From contig CAVWVI010000003.1 of NCBI GenBank assembly GCA_963758495.1, positions 1,600,001 to 1,664,000 of the forward strand: 64,000 bases of DNA. The letters run 5' to 3'. A program made the translations under genes and the position numbers. The notes under the pieces are model-generated. The model made no database searches. It saw nothing but the letters and a program-made list of their open reading frames with translations, and was not told the origin of the DNA. This document shows, piece by piece, positions 42,564 to 51,408 of the stretch. Position 1 is the first letter of the stretch. Each line of letters begins with the position of its first letter. The stretch comes from Oligoflexia bacterium. Its GTDB lineage: Bacteria > Bdellovibrionota > UBA1018.

Positions 42564-43646
42564 TCAATCGTACTGCGATCCAGTCCGAAATTCTCTAGAT
42601 CTTTGGTCGTATATAGCAGCGTAAATCTCCTGAATAATGACTTTGAGTGAAGCCGCTATAGGTACTGAAATCAGCATGCCCAAAAGCCCATAATACCGTT
42701 GCCCTATGATGACCGTGATAATGAGGACCAAAGGGTGCAGGTTAATAAGTTTGGCTACAACTAAGGGAAAAATGACAAAAGTATCAATGAGGTTTGCGAT
42801 AAAGTAGACGAATACCACCCAGAAGATGAGGGTTTGATGCTGTGAATCAAAGGCGGCAAGGAGAATTCCGGGCGCTGCGCCCATCATCGGACCCAGGTAG
42901 GGAATGATATTTGTTGCTCCAGCGATCAATCCCAGGACTAATGTATTTGATGCTCCTACGATGAGCAAGCCGAGGGTGACTAATAGACCTACGAGTAGAG
43001 CTTCGATGAGCTTGGCTCGGATATAGTTAGAAATAGCGGTGGCGATCTCAGAGGTAATCAGAAAAAAAGACTCAAAAAAACGATTAGGGACAAGATACAA
43101 GAATAAGCTTTGAATCCTTCTGCCATCTTTGAGGAAAACAAAACTAATGATCGGGACTAGGAATACCCAACTCAAAAACTGGCCGGCTAAAGAGGGGCCC
43201 GAATCTATAAACCATTTACCTGTGTCATGTCCCAGTTTTAATAATGAATCAGTAGGGTGAATTCCTTTCAAAAATGAATAATGACCTTTTAAATACAGTT
43301 CTAATATTCTGACCTGATTTAGGAAGATGTGAAAATTTTGAGGAGCTTTTTCTTTAAAAGATTTCCACTCCAAAATGCCAGCGTGAATACCCCAATAGGC
43401 AAGAAGAATGAGGGAGTTTCCAAGACCGACAACAATCAGTACGATAGCAAATACTCGGGAATAGCCTTTGCGTTGCAAGGCGGCTACTAGGGGTGACAAA
43501 AGAGTGGTGACGATCATGGCAATCAAAGTGGGGTAGAAGAGGACTGGAGTCAGAATAAAAACCGAGGCAGTACCTGCAAGTGTCGCAAGAAGACAAAATG
43601 ATTTTAAAATATCCCTTTTTCGCAGCAGTTCAGACGATTTTGACAT
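42564..43646 (-). CDS. AI-2E family transporter
   Basis: LLSPLV, FLKDG, NIIPYLGP, LHPLVLI, GLLGMLISVP. Confidence 0.9.
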   Translation of the reverse strand: MSKSSELLRKRDILKSFCLLATLAGTASVFILTPVLFYPTLIAMIVTTLLSPLVAALQRKGYSRVFAIVLIVVGLGNSLILLAYWGIHAGILEWKSFKEKAPQNFHIFLNQVRILELYLKGHYSFLKGIHPTDSLLKLGHDTGKWFIDSGPSLAGQFLSWVFLVPIISFVFLKDGRRIQSLFLYLVPNRFFESFFLITSEIATAISNYIRAKLIEALLVGLLVTLGLLIVGASNTLVLGLIAGATNIIPYLGPMMGAAPGILLAAFDSQHQTLIFWVVFVYFIANLIDTFVIFPLVVAKLINLHPLVLIITVIIGQRYYGLLGMLISVPIAASLKVIIQEIYAAIYDQRSREFRTGSQYD

Positions 43647-44178
43647 AGGGAGTGGATTTGCTATCGGTATTCAAAAGATGAATCATCTTTTCAGTCGTTT
43701 CAAGTAACCGACGACCTAAGACGGTGGAAAGTTGAAAAAGAATTTTTACACCCATGCCGGGGTTTCTATCCATAATCTCAAGGAGGTCCGGCTTGAAAAA
43801 ACCAAGTATAATAGATCGTTCTGCTGCTATTGCAGAAGCAGATCGAATATTATCTGGTTCGATTAATGCAATTTCTCCAAAAAAATTACCTTGATTGAGT
43901 ACCGTTACAAGAATTTCACCATTGGGGTTGTGTGATTTTATAGCAACTTTTCCTTTTGCGATCACGTACATCCCTAATCCACGATCGTTTTGTTGAAAAA
44001 TCGGCTCATCTGCCTGATACACGCGTTCGTAAACTAAGTTGGCCAAATAATTTAGCTCTCGGGGTGTGAGGGTCTTAAATAGGATATTATGGTTCAAATA
44101 ATGAGCTACTGGCTTTTTTTGATCAGATTTTCCACTTTGAAATAGGTCTGTCCAAAGGAAGTGTGGATGAGAAGACAT
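43630..44178 (-). CDS. Cyclic nucleotide-binding domain protein
   Basis: IFQQNDRGLGMYVIAKGKV, GNFFGEIAL, RSASA; start placed at ATG 44178. Confidence 0.9.
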   Translation of the reverse strand: MSSHPHFLWTDLFQSGKSDQKKPVAHYLNHNILFKTLTPRELNYLANLVYERVYQADEPIFQQNDRGLGMYVIAKGKVAIKSHNPNGEILVTVLNQGNFFGEIALIEPDNIRSASAIAAERSIILGFFKPDLLEIMDRNPGMGVKILFQLSTVLGRRLLETTEKMIHLLNTDSKSTPYVKIV

Positions 44179-44227
44179 ATGAATAATTCGGCTAATCTGA
44201 CGGGATACTTGAATAATTAAAGTATTT

Positions 44228-45490
44228 TTAGGCCACCCAGCGGCCACGCAAAAACCGAAAGATAAACCAGCCATAGATAGCGATAGATAAGACACAGCTA
44301 AAAATGAGTGCCAAATTCTTATGAGGGGTTTGAAATCTTTGATACTCGGTTTCAGATTTTTGTTCGATTTGATTTTGAAGGCGAGCTACTAAAAGTAGCG
44401 CATACACGGGTAATGTATAGCGAATCATGCTGTCCATGTCAGTGTCTGCCTTTGCAGAAAGTGCGACATAAAACATCATCAGGGCTGTAAAGTAGATCCC
44501 AATTCGTGAGTAAGATCGATGAGCCGTGTCGGCACGTATCGTTTTCCAAAGAAGCCAAGCAATAAAAGGTACTGCGGCCCGATTAATAGACGAGAGCGTA
44601 TGTTCAAAGAAAAATCGTGGAATGTAGGATCGGGGATCTAAGATGGCTAAATAATTTGGATCTTTTCCCCAGCCAATCTTTTGAAGTTTGAAATACCAAC
44701 GCCAATCTAAAAATTTTATCTGACAGAAAAGAAAAAATAGGAAAGGGCCAAGTAATGCGATGATTGAAATAGCTAGGGCTGCGGGGTCGAGCTGATTCAG
44801 GTGAAATTGCTTTTTGTCTTTACCTAATTTTGTGCTCCATTGGGTAGCTAAACTTTGGATGACTGGATAAAAGACGACGGGGATTCCTACGATTCGAGTG
44901 CTTGCCATCGCAAATCCATGTAGAGCCGCAATTCCCCAACTGAGTTTACTTTTATTTTTTAGCCATTGATTGGACCAGTAGATAAATCCTACTAAGGAGG
45001 CCATGAAAATGGATTCAGAATAGCCAATCACTAAATAAAAGGAAGAGGGATAAATCGCTACCAGAAAGAGAACCGCCATGATCTTTTGGGTGGACACCTT
45101 ACTTTTTTTCATCAGTAAAAATAAATAAACCCAAAAGATCACACTGAAGAACTGGGCGGAGAGTAACAGCGCCATTTCGGTAGATATACCCAACGCATCT
45201 TTGAAAGCCTTAGCCGTGAGATGATATGCTGGGAAATAACCGAGATTAGCTCGGAATTGATGAACATCATCTGGAACAATGGGTAGATTCAAAGGGGGCA
45301 TGTGATACCCTTTGTTTACTAGGTCGCTATAGTGCCAGCTGTCCCAATTATTGAGACTTAGAAATCGAGCATGGAAACTGGCGGTTTGCGGAGAAAAAAG
45401 AAGAAGGGTGAAAATCTGGATGAGAGTTATTCCCAGTCCAACCCAAAGACACTGAAGTGCTTGTATTTTTGATTTGATGATATCAAGCAT
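44228..45490 (-). CDS. GT-C membrane glycosyltransferase (mannosyltransferase-like)
   Basis: WDSWHY, YFPAY, YSESIF, TRIVG; multiple TM helices. Confidence 0.8.
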   Translation of the reverse strand: MLDIIKSKIQALQCLWVGLGITLIQIFTLLLFSPQTASFHARFLSLNNWDSWHYSDLVNKGYHMPPLNLPIVPDDVHQFRANLGYFPAYHLTAKAFKDALGISTEMALLLSAQFFSVIFWVYLFLLMKKSKVSTQKIMAVLFLVAIYPSSFYLVIGYSESIFMASLVGFIYWSNQWLKNKSKLSWGIAALHGFAMASTRIVGIPVVFYPVIQSLATQWSTKLGKDKKQFHLNQLDPAALAISIIALLGPFLFFLFCQIKFLDWRWYFKLQKIGWGKDPNYLAILDPRSYIPRFFFEHTLSSINRAAVPFIAWLLWKTIRADTAHRSYSRIGIYFTALMMFYVALSAKADTDMDSMIRYTLPVYALLLVARLQNQIEQKSETEYQRFQTPHKNLALIFSCVLSIAIYGWFIFRFLRGRWVA

Positions 45491-45517
45491 ACATTCAGTT
45501 ACGGATGCATTTGGATC

Positions 45518-45640
45518 TTAATTTCCCAAAGTAGTGACTATTTGGTAGGTGACATAGAATCCAATCGCAATGCTTGGAACTCCAATCAGGGCTCCAATGA
45601 TAGCGCCAATCACTTTTTTCATATACTCAGCATTTGCCAT
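45518..45640 (-). CDS. Small single-TM protein (40 aa), absent from the ORF track
   Basis: MANAEYMKKVIGAIIGALIGVPSIAIGFYVTYQIVTTLGN*; SD AGAGGA; fills the gap between co-oriented genes. Confidence 0.65.
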   Translation of the reverse strand: MANAEYMKKVIGAIIGALIGVPSIAIGFYVTYQIVTTLGN

Positions 45641-45654
45641 ACTTCTTATCCTCT

Positions 45655-47268
45655 CTAAAGAACAATGTTAGTAGTTAAAAATCGGGAGTGATCACCATCA
45701 AAAATACCACGGATCACCTCTTTCCCGATTTTATCTTGTTTAGTTGCGACCATAGCACGAATGCTAAACGATCTGAGTGCGTCAGTGACGCTCAGCGTAC
45801 CTTCGGCAGAACTTTTTCTGCCAGTGAAGGGGAATACATCGGGTCCACGTTGACATTGAGTGTTTAAATTAATACGGCTAACCTGATTACTTAGAATATC
45901 CACAAGATGTCCCATGGTTTCCGGATTTTTTCCGAAAATACTGGCTTGCATTCCAAAGTTAGAATTCACAATATAATTTTCAACTTCACTCATGGAATCA
46001 TACTCAACAATCGGCACAATCGGGCCGAATTGCTCTTCTTTAGCAACGTTCGAATCTAGAGAGACATTGCTAAGGACCGTAGGAAAAAATAAGGAACCCA
46101 AAGCTTGTCCTCCGCGTCTTGGATTACAAAGTTTTGCTCCTCGTTGAATTGCGTCCGTCATGTATGCAGACATCTGTTGATGTTTATTTCGGTCAGGCAG
46201 TGGCGTTATCATTACATTTTTTTCCCACGGCAAACCGCAATAAAGGCTTTCCACTTTTTCACAAAAAAGGTCAATAAAATTCGAGGCAATAGAGCGATGC
46301 ACAAATAAAATTTTTAGCGCCGTGCAGCGTTGCCCATTAAATGAAAGCGCACCTTTGACGCATTCTGCAACTGATAATTCTAAATCAGCGTCAGATAAAA
46401 TGATGGCTGGATTTTTTGCGTCTAATCCAAGAATACTTCGAAAGCGATGGGGCTGTGGATGGGCTTGTTTAATCTGATTTGCAACTTGGCTGGACCCAAT
46501 AAATGCAAGAACATCTATTTTACCTGTTTGAACAGAAGGGGCGATGACTTCTTTTCCTGAACCGTTGACAATATTAATGACGCCTTCAGGTAAGCTTTCC
46601 TGAAAGGGCTCAAGGAGTACATCCCAAAGCAGTTGTCCAAAACGAGGTAGTTTAACGACCACCACATTTCCTAGAATGAGAGCTGGGATCAGTGTCGTAA
46701 ATGTTTCATTCAAAGGATAATTGTATGGGCCCATGCAAAGTGTAACGCCGAGTGGAGTTCGACGGATTTGGGCCATAATATGATCAGCAAACTGAATTCG
46801 ACTACAATCACGGTCCAACTGTTTAGCGGCTTCAATCGTATCATTAATGTAGGTAATGGTTCTATCGAACTCGGCTTGTGAATCCTGCCATGTTTTGCCG
46901 ATTTCCCACATTAAGAGATTACAGATAGGCTCACGGCATCGAGCTATTTTATCCCGAAGAGTCACAATAGCACTGACTCTTTCCTCCATTCGGGCGCTCG
47001 GCCACTCTCCTCTTCCTTTTGCCCAAGCGTTGACTGCGGCATCCACTGCCTTCATAAAAAGCTCAGGGCCGACTTGAGGCGTGCTCCCGATTTCTGGATA
47101 AATCAATGAATCATTGGATGCGCTTCGAAAAGAGCATGGACTTGCAATGAGTTTAGTTGCAAAGCCTGAATCTATTATTTTTCCATCAATGAGAATCCGG
47201 CCTTGGATTTTAGGAATCTGAATAGAAGGAGGGAGTTGTGACTGGAGTGGAAAAATATCAAAATTCAT
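45655..47268 (-). CDS. gapN: Non-phosphorylating NADP-dependent glyceraldehyde-3-phosphate dehydrogenase (ALDH family)
   Basis: GPYNYPLNE, FIGSS, LGLDAKN, SFNGQRCTA, EEQFGP, RGPDVFPFTG. Confidence 0.85.
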   Translation of the reverse strand: MNFDIFPLQSQLPPSIQIPKIQGRILIDGKIIDSGFATKLIASPCSFRSASNDSLIYPEIGSTPQVGPELFMKAVDAAVNAWAKGRGEWPSARMEERVSAIVTLRDKIARCREPICNLLMWEIGKTWQDSQAEFDRTITYINDTIEAAKQLDRDCSRIQFADHIMAQIRRTPLGVTLCMGPYNYPLNETFTTLIPALILGNVVVVKLPRFGQLLWDVLLEPFQESLPEGVINIVNGSGKEVIAPSVQTGKIDVLAFIGSSQVANQIKQAHPQPHRFRSILGLDAKNPAIILSDADLELSVAECVKGALSFNGQRCTALKILFVHRSIASNFIDLFCEKVESLYCGLPWEKNVMITPLPDRNKHQQMSAYMTDAIQRGAKLCNPRRGGQALGSLFFPTVLSNVSLDSNVAKEEQFGPIVPIVEYDSMSEVENYIVNSNFGMQASIFGKNPETMGHLVDILSNQVSRINLNTQCQRGPDVFPFTGRKSSAEGTLSVTDALRSFSIRAMVATKQDKIGKEVIRGIFDGDHSRFLTTNIVL

Positions 47269-47318
47269 TTGGATAGAACTTAGACCATTGAGTTATCTTA
47301 TGGTAGGGTATTATTCGA

Positions 47319-48563
47319 TTGGAAAAACTAAATTGGCAATCATTGGGGCTGTCAGCTGCAGCTATTGAGCTAGTTGAAAAGGCTGGCTTTACTCTTCCTT
47401 CACCCGTTCAGTCTATGACAATTCCATTGGCATTGAAAGGGATTGACGTTATTGCATCCGCTCAAACGGGGACAGGGAAAACTGCGAGCTTTGTATTACC
47501 CATGGTAGATCGCTTTGTTGGCCGAGAAGGTACTTTCGGTCTGATTTTGGCTCCAACAAGAGAAATTGCCCAACAGATTCAAGCCACATTAGAAATTTTT
47601 GGTGTTCCTCGTGGTATCCGCTCCATTGTGCTGATTGGCGGAGTGGATATGAAATCGGATATCCAAGCACTCCAAAGTTATCCTCAAGTGATCGTGGCCA
47701 CTCCTGGAAGGCTTTGTGACCATTTAGATCGAGGAACCCTTTGGCTTGATTTTATCGAGATGGTAGTGCTGGATGAAGCAGATCGAATGTTAGATATGGG
47801 GTTTACTGCACAATTATCTCGAATCATGCAGGAAGTGCCCAATAAAAGGCAAACATTGCTTTTTTCTGCAACGATTTCTCCCGAAGTGAATCGATTGGCT
47901 CAAAAAATCCTTCATCACCCCAAAATAGTTACGATTGATAAAGCTCTTGGGTCATCTGCTATCATTGATCAAATCGTTCTTTGGATGGATGAGGCATCCA
48001 AAAGTCGAGAACTCAGAAAACTTTTAAAAGAAGAGATGGGTAGTATTATTGTTTTTACTCGATCCAAAGAAGGAGCAACTCGGGTTTGGAGATCTCTCCA
48101 TAGTGCTGGGATCTATGATGCTACTTATATTCACTCCGATCGATTGCAATCTCATCGTGAGCAAGCTTTAGCTGAGTTTAAAGAGGGCAAGTACCGGATT
48201 CTCATTGCAACCGATGTCGCGGGGCGAGGGATTCACGTAGATGATGTGGCGCATGTGGTGAACTATGATTTGCCTCTTGAGCCAGAAAATTACGTTCACC
48301 GAATTGGTCGGACTGGGCGTGCAGGTGCTACAGGTAAGGCCACTACGTTTGCGACTCGCCGGGATCAAGTGGTGTTGAAAAATATCGAGCGACTTTTGGG
48401 AAAGCCAATTCCTTCAAAAATAACAGATTCTTTTGAAAAATCTAATTCTGTAGATCATCGAAAGATGGGACCTCGCCCTAAGCCATCTCATAAATCTTCT
48501 CATCGACCGTCTCAGGGGCCTTCTCCCAGACGAGGTCGACGACCTCCTAAGTCCACGTCTTGA
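47319..48563 (+). CDS. DEAD-box RNA helicase (RhlE-like)
   Basis: AQTGTGKT, PTRE, DEAD, SAT, HRIGRTGR; basic tail. Confidence 0.95.
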   Translation: MEKLNWQSLGLSAAAIELVEKAGFTLPSPVQSMTIPLALKGIDVIASAQTGTGKTASFVLPMVDRFVGREGTFGLILAPTREIAQQIQATLEIFGVPRGIRSIVLIGGVDMKSDIQALQSYPQVIVATPGRLCDHLDRGTLWLDFIEMVVLDEADRMLDMGFTAQLSRIMQEVPNKRQTLLFSATISPEVNRLAQKILHHPKIVTIDKALGSSAIIDQIVLWMDEASKSRELRKLLKEEMGSIIVFTRSKEGATRVWRSLHSAGIYDATYIHSDRLQSHREQALAEFKEGKYRILIATDVAGRGIHVDDVAHVVNYDLPLEPENYVHRIGRTGRAGATGKATTFATRRDQVVLKNIERLLGKPIPSKITDSFEKSNSVDHRKMGPRPKPSHKSSHRPSQGPSPRRGRRPPKSTS

Positions 48564-48653
48564 TCAAAGATTCTTACTGTTCTATACAGAGTTTTTGTTG
48601 CATCATGATTCAGAGACACTATTTTTAAATCCAAAACAACAAAAGGATATCAT

Positions 48654-50621
48654 ATGGGAATCCAGCTCATTCAATCGAACTATGCGGCCGGTGACCTAAC
48701 TCGTCTTTGTGACGCGGCAATTCAAAGAGCTGATGAGCAATTGAATCAGATTGCTCATATTCCCTTATTAGAGAGAAATGTCAGAAATACTCTTCTGGCT
48801 TTTGAAAAGGTCAATGCGGATTTTAGTGATGCAGTCGCTCCTCTTACTTTCATGGGATATGTGTCCACTCAGCCAGAGGTGAGTCAAGAGGGTTCAGAAT
48901 GTGAGCAAAAAGTAAGTCAATACATGGTTTCAATTTTTACTCGAAAGGATCTTTACCTAATCCTTAAAGATCAAAAGGATTTAAACAGGTTAGAAGCAAA
49001 ACTTTTACGAGAAACTCTCAATGATTTTGAGGATAATGGATTGAAGCTTTCGGATGAACGCCTGAAGCAAATGAGAGAACTCAAACAAATTCTTGCTCAA
49101 GTAGAATCCAAATTTAGTACTCATCTGAACCATGATCAATCGACTGTGGAATTTAAAGCAACTGAACTTGAAGGGGTGCCTCAAAGTTTTATAGATGGCC
49201 TCAAAAAAACGCACGATAATCAGTATACGGTCACTACGAAAGAGCCTGATTATATTCGGGTGATGGAAAATGCGAGCTGCTCTGAAACTCGGAGAAGAAT
49301 GCTTGAGGCTTTTGAGAATAAATCAGCTCGTGAAAATACGCAGCTTTTAGAAGAGGCCATTATCATTCGGCAAAAGATTGCTGCCGTAATGGGCTATAAA
49401 AACTGGGCTGATTATCAGATGCACACGCGGATGGCAAAGGATTCAGACACAGTACTCAAGTTTCTCCATGGCTTAAAGGAGAAGCTTTCTCTTAGAAGCA
49501 AGAGTGATTTAGCCAATCTTTTAAAAATAAAACAGGCAACTGAGCCTACTGCAACGGAAATCAATCCATGGGATATTCGATATTTTTCCAATCAATTAAA
49601 AAAAAGAGACTTGAACCTAGATGATGAGCAAATTCGTGAATATTTTCCGGCCGACACGGTTGTTTCAGGTCTTTTTGAAATTTACTCAAAGCTTTTAAGT
49701 GTAAAGTTCATTGAAGAGAAGAATGCCGAGGTTTGGGCTCCAGGCGTTCAACTTTTTCAAATACGGAATAGTCAAGGTGATGACCTAATTGGCTATTTTT
49801 ATATGGATTTTATTCCAAGGCCGGGAAAATATGGCCATGCAGCGGCTTTTTCTCTGATTTCCGGCCGTATGCTTTCGGATGGAACCTATAGCCATCCGAT
49901 ATCTGCGATAGTGGCAAACTTTAGTTCTCCAGAAAAGGGCAAGCCTTCTTTATTGAAGCATGAGGAAGTGACTACTCTTTTTCACGAGTTTGGTCATATT
50001 ATGCATCAAACCTTAACGAAGTCTCCATTCGCAAGCTTGTCTGGATCCAATGTAGATCAGGATTTTGTTGAGGCGCCGTCGCAAATGTTGGAGAATTGGG
50101 CTTTTTCATCTGAAGTTCTTGGGGCTCTGTCTGGACATTATCAAGATCACAGTTGCAAACTTCCTGAGCCTCTTCTTAAGAAAATTATCGAAGCGAGAGA
50201 TTTTAATCAGGGGTATTTTTACACGAGGCAACTCCTCTTGGCTCTTTTGGATATGACGTATCATACTCAGAGTGGTCCGGTAGATACGATTCAAATTTAT
50301 CAAAAGCTTTATAAAGAATTGCTCGGCATTGATTCTTTAGAAACTGGGCATTTTCCTGCTAGTTTCGGACATCTTATGGGGGGGTATGACGCAGGTTATT
50401 ATGGCTACTTGTGGTCAGAGGTTTACGCAGAGGACATGTTTACCCGCTTTCAAAAGGAAGGGTTATTAAATTCAGACGTAGGACAGCACTACCGGAAGTT
50501 CGTTTTAGAACAGGGAAAAATGATGGATGCATTTGATATTCTAAGACAGTTTTTAGGGCGGGAACCCAATACAGACGCGTTCTATAAACGATTACATATT
50601 GAAGCTAGCGAATGCCGATGA
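48654..50621 (+). CDS. M3-family metallopeptidase (thimet oligopeptidase-like)
   Basis: FHEFGH, DFVEAPSQMLENW, FGHLMGGYDAGYYGYLWS. Confidence 0.95.
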   Translation: MGIQLIQSNYAAGDLTRLCDAAIQRADEQLNQIAHIPLLERNVRNTLLAFEKVNADFSDAVAPLTFMGYVSTQPEVSQEGSECEQKVSQYMVSIFTRKDLYLILKDQKDLNRLEAKLLRETLNDFEDNGLKLSDERLKQMRELKQILAQVESKFSTHLNHDQSTVEFKATELEGVPQSFIDGLKKTHDNQYTVTTKEPDYIRVMENASCSETRRRMLEAFENKSARENTQLLEEAIIIRQKIAAVMGYKNWADYQMHTRMAKDSDTVLKFLHGLKEKLSLRSKSDLANLLKIKQATEPTATEINPWDIRYFSNQLKKRDLNLDDEQIREYFPADTVVSGLFEIYSKLLSVKFIEEKNAEVWAPGVQLFQIRNSQGDDLIGYFYMDFIPRPGKYGHAAAFSLISGRMLSDGTYSHPISAIVANFSSPEKGKPSLLKHEEVTTLFHEFGHIMHQTLTKSPFASLSGSNVDQDFVEAPSQMLENWAFSSEVLGALSGHYQDHSCKLPEPLLKKIIEARDFNQGYFYTRQLLLALLDMTYHTQSGPVDTIQIYQKLYKELLGIDSLETGHFPASFGHLMGGYDAGYYGYLWSEVYAEDMFTRFQKEGLLNSDVGQHYRKFVLEQGKMMDAFDILRQFLGREPNTDAFYKRLHIEASECR

Positions 50622-51408
50622 CATAGGCGATCCAGGCAAACGAATTATCTCCATGCTCTTGTTCAGTATATTCACCCGTTCCTTTGCCATCATGTTCAGT
50701 TTCCCAGTAGACGCAAGCTTTCGAGAACCCTGCTTCTAAGAGGAGATCTTTGATTTCTGGAATAGTCCAGAGTCGCCAATCATAGAAAAATGCATTTTTA
50801 ATCATTTCACCATTTGAAAGTTTAAAGTGAATGGCATACTGCGCATCGTGCGTGATAGGATCAAAATATTTTTGATCCCAAATATAAGTAAATTTTGACT
50901 TTCCTCGATCAATCACAGTTTTCTGTTCTTTTAGGGTGGCAATCATGCCAGGCCCACCTGCCATTTCGAGGAGTAAAGATCCATTTTGACCGAGAGATTT
51001 GAGGCAGCTTTTAAAATATTCTAAAAGAATTTTTCGTTCTTTAAAAATATAAAAAGAAAAATTACAACCAATAATTAAGTCCGCTTTACGTGCGGTGGGA
51101 GTGAGTACGTTGGCATTTCGAATAGTAAGACGCTTTTGTTGATCTTTGGAAAGCTTGGCAAAATGATTCTTCTTTCCATATTGAAGAGGTTCTGGATCCA
51201 AGTCGATGCCTACGGCTGTGTTATTCAGGTTTTTTTTCACCCAGGCGCATGAGATTTGAAAAGTACCACAAAAATCTTCACGTAGATGACGTGCGGGTTT
51301 TCCATGAATCTCTTTATAAATAGCAGCAAACGATTCCACATGAGGAATTGGGCTTTGGACTGATTTTTCGTAAAGTCGATACTTATTAATAGCCATTTTG
51401 AATTTCAA
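50605..51408 (-). CDS. Class I SAM-dependent methyltransferase
   Basis: LYEKSVQSP, LREDFCGT, GIDLD, YDWRLW. Confidence 0.8.
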   Translation of the reverse strand: MKFKMAINKYRLYEKSVQSPIPHVESFAAIYKEIHGKPARHLREDFCGTFQISCAWVKKNLNNTAVGIDLDPEPLQYGKKNHFAKLSKDQQKRLTIRNANVLTPTARKADLIIGCNFSFYIFKERKILLEYFKSCLKSLGQNGSLLLEMAGGPGMIATLKEQKTVIDRGKSKFTYIWDQKYFDPITHDAQYAIHFKLSNGEMIKNAFFYDWRLWTIPEIKDLLLEAGFSKACVYWETEHDGKGTGEYTEQEHGDNSFAWIAYVIGIR

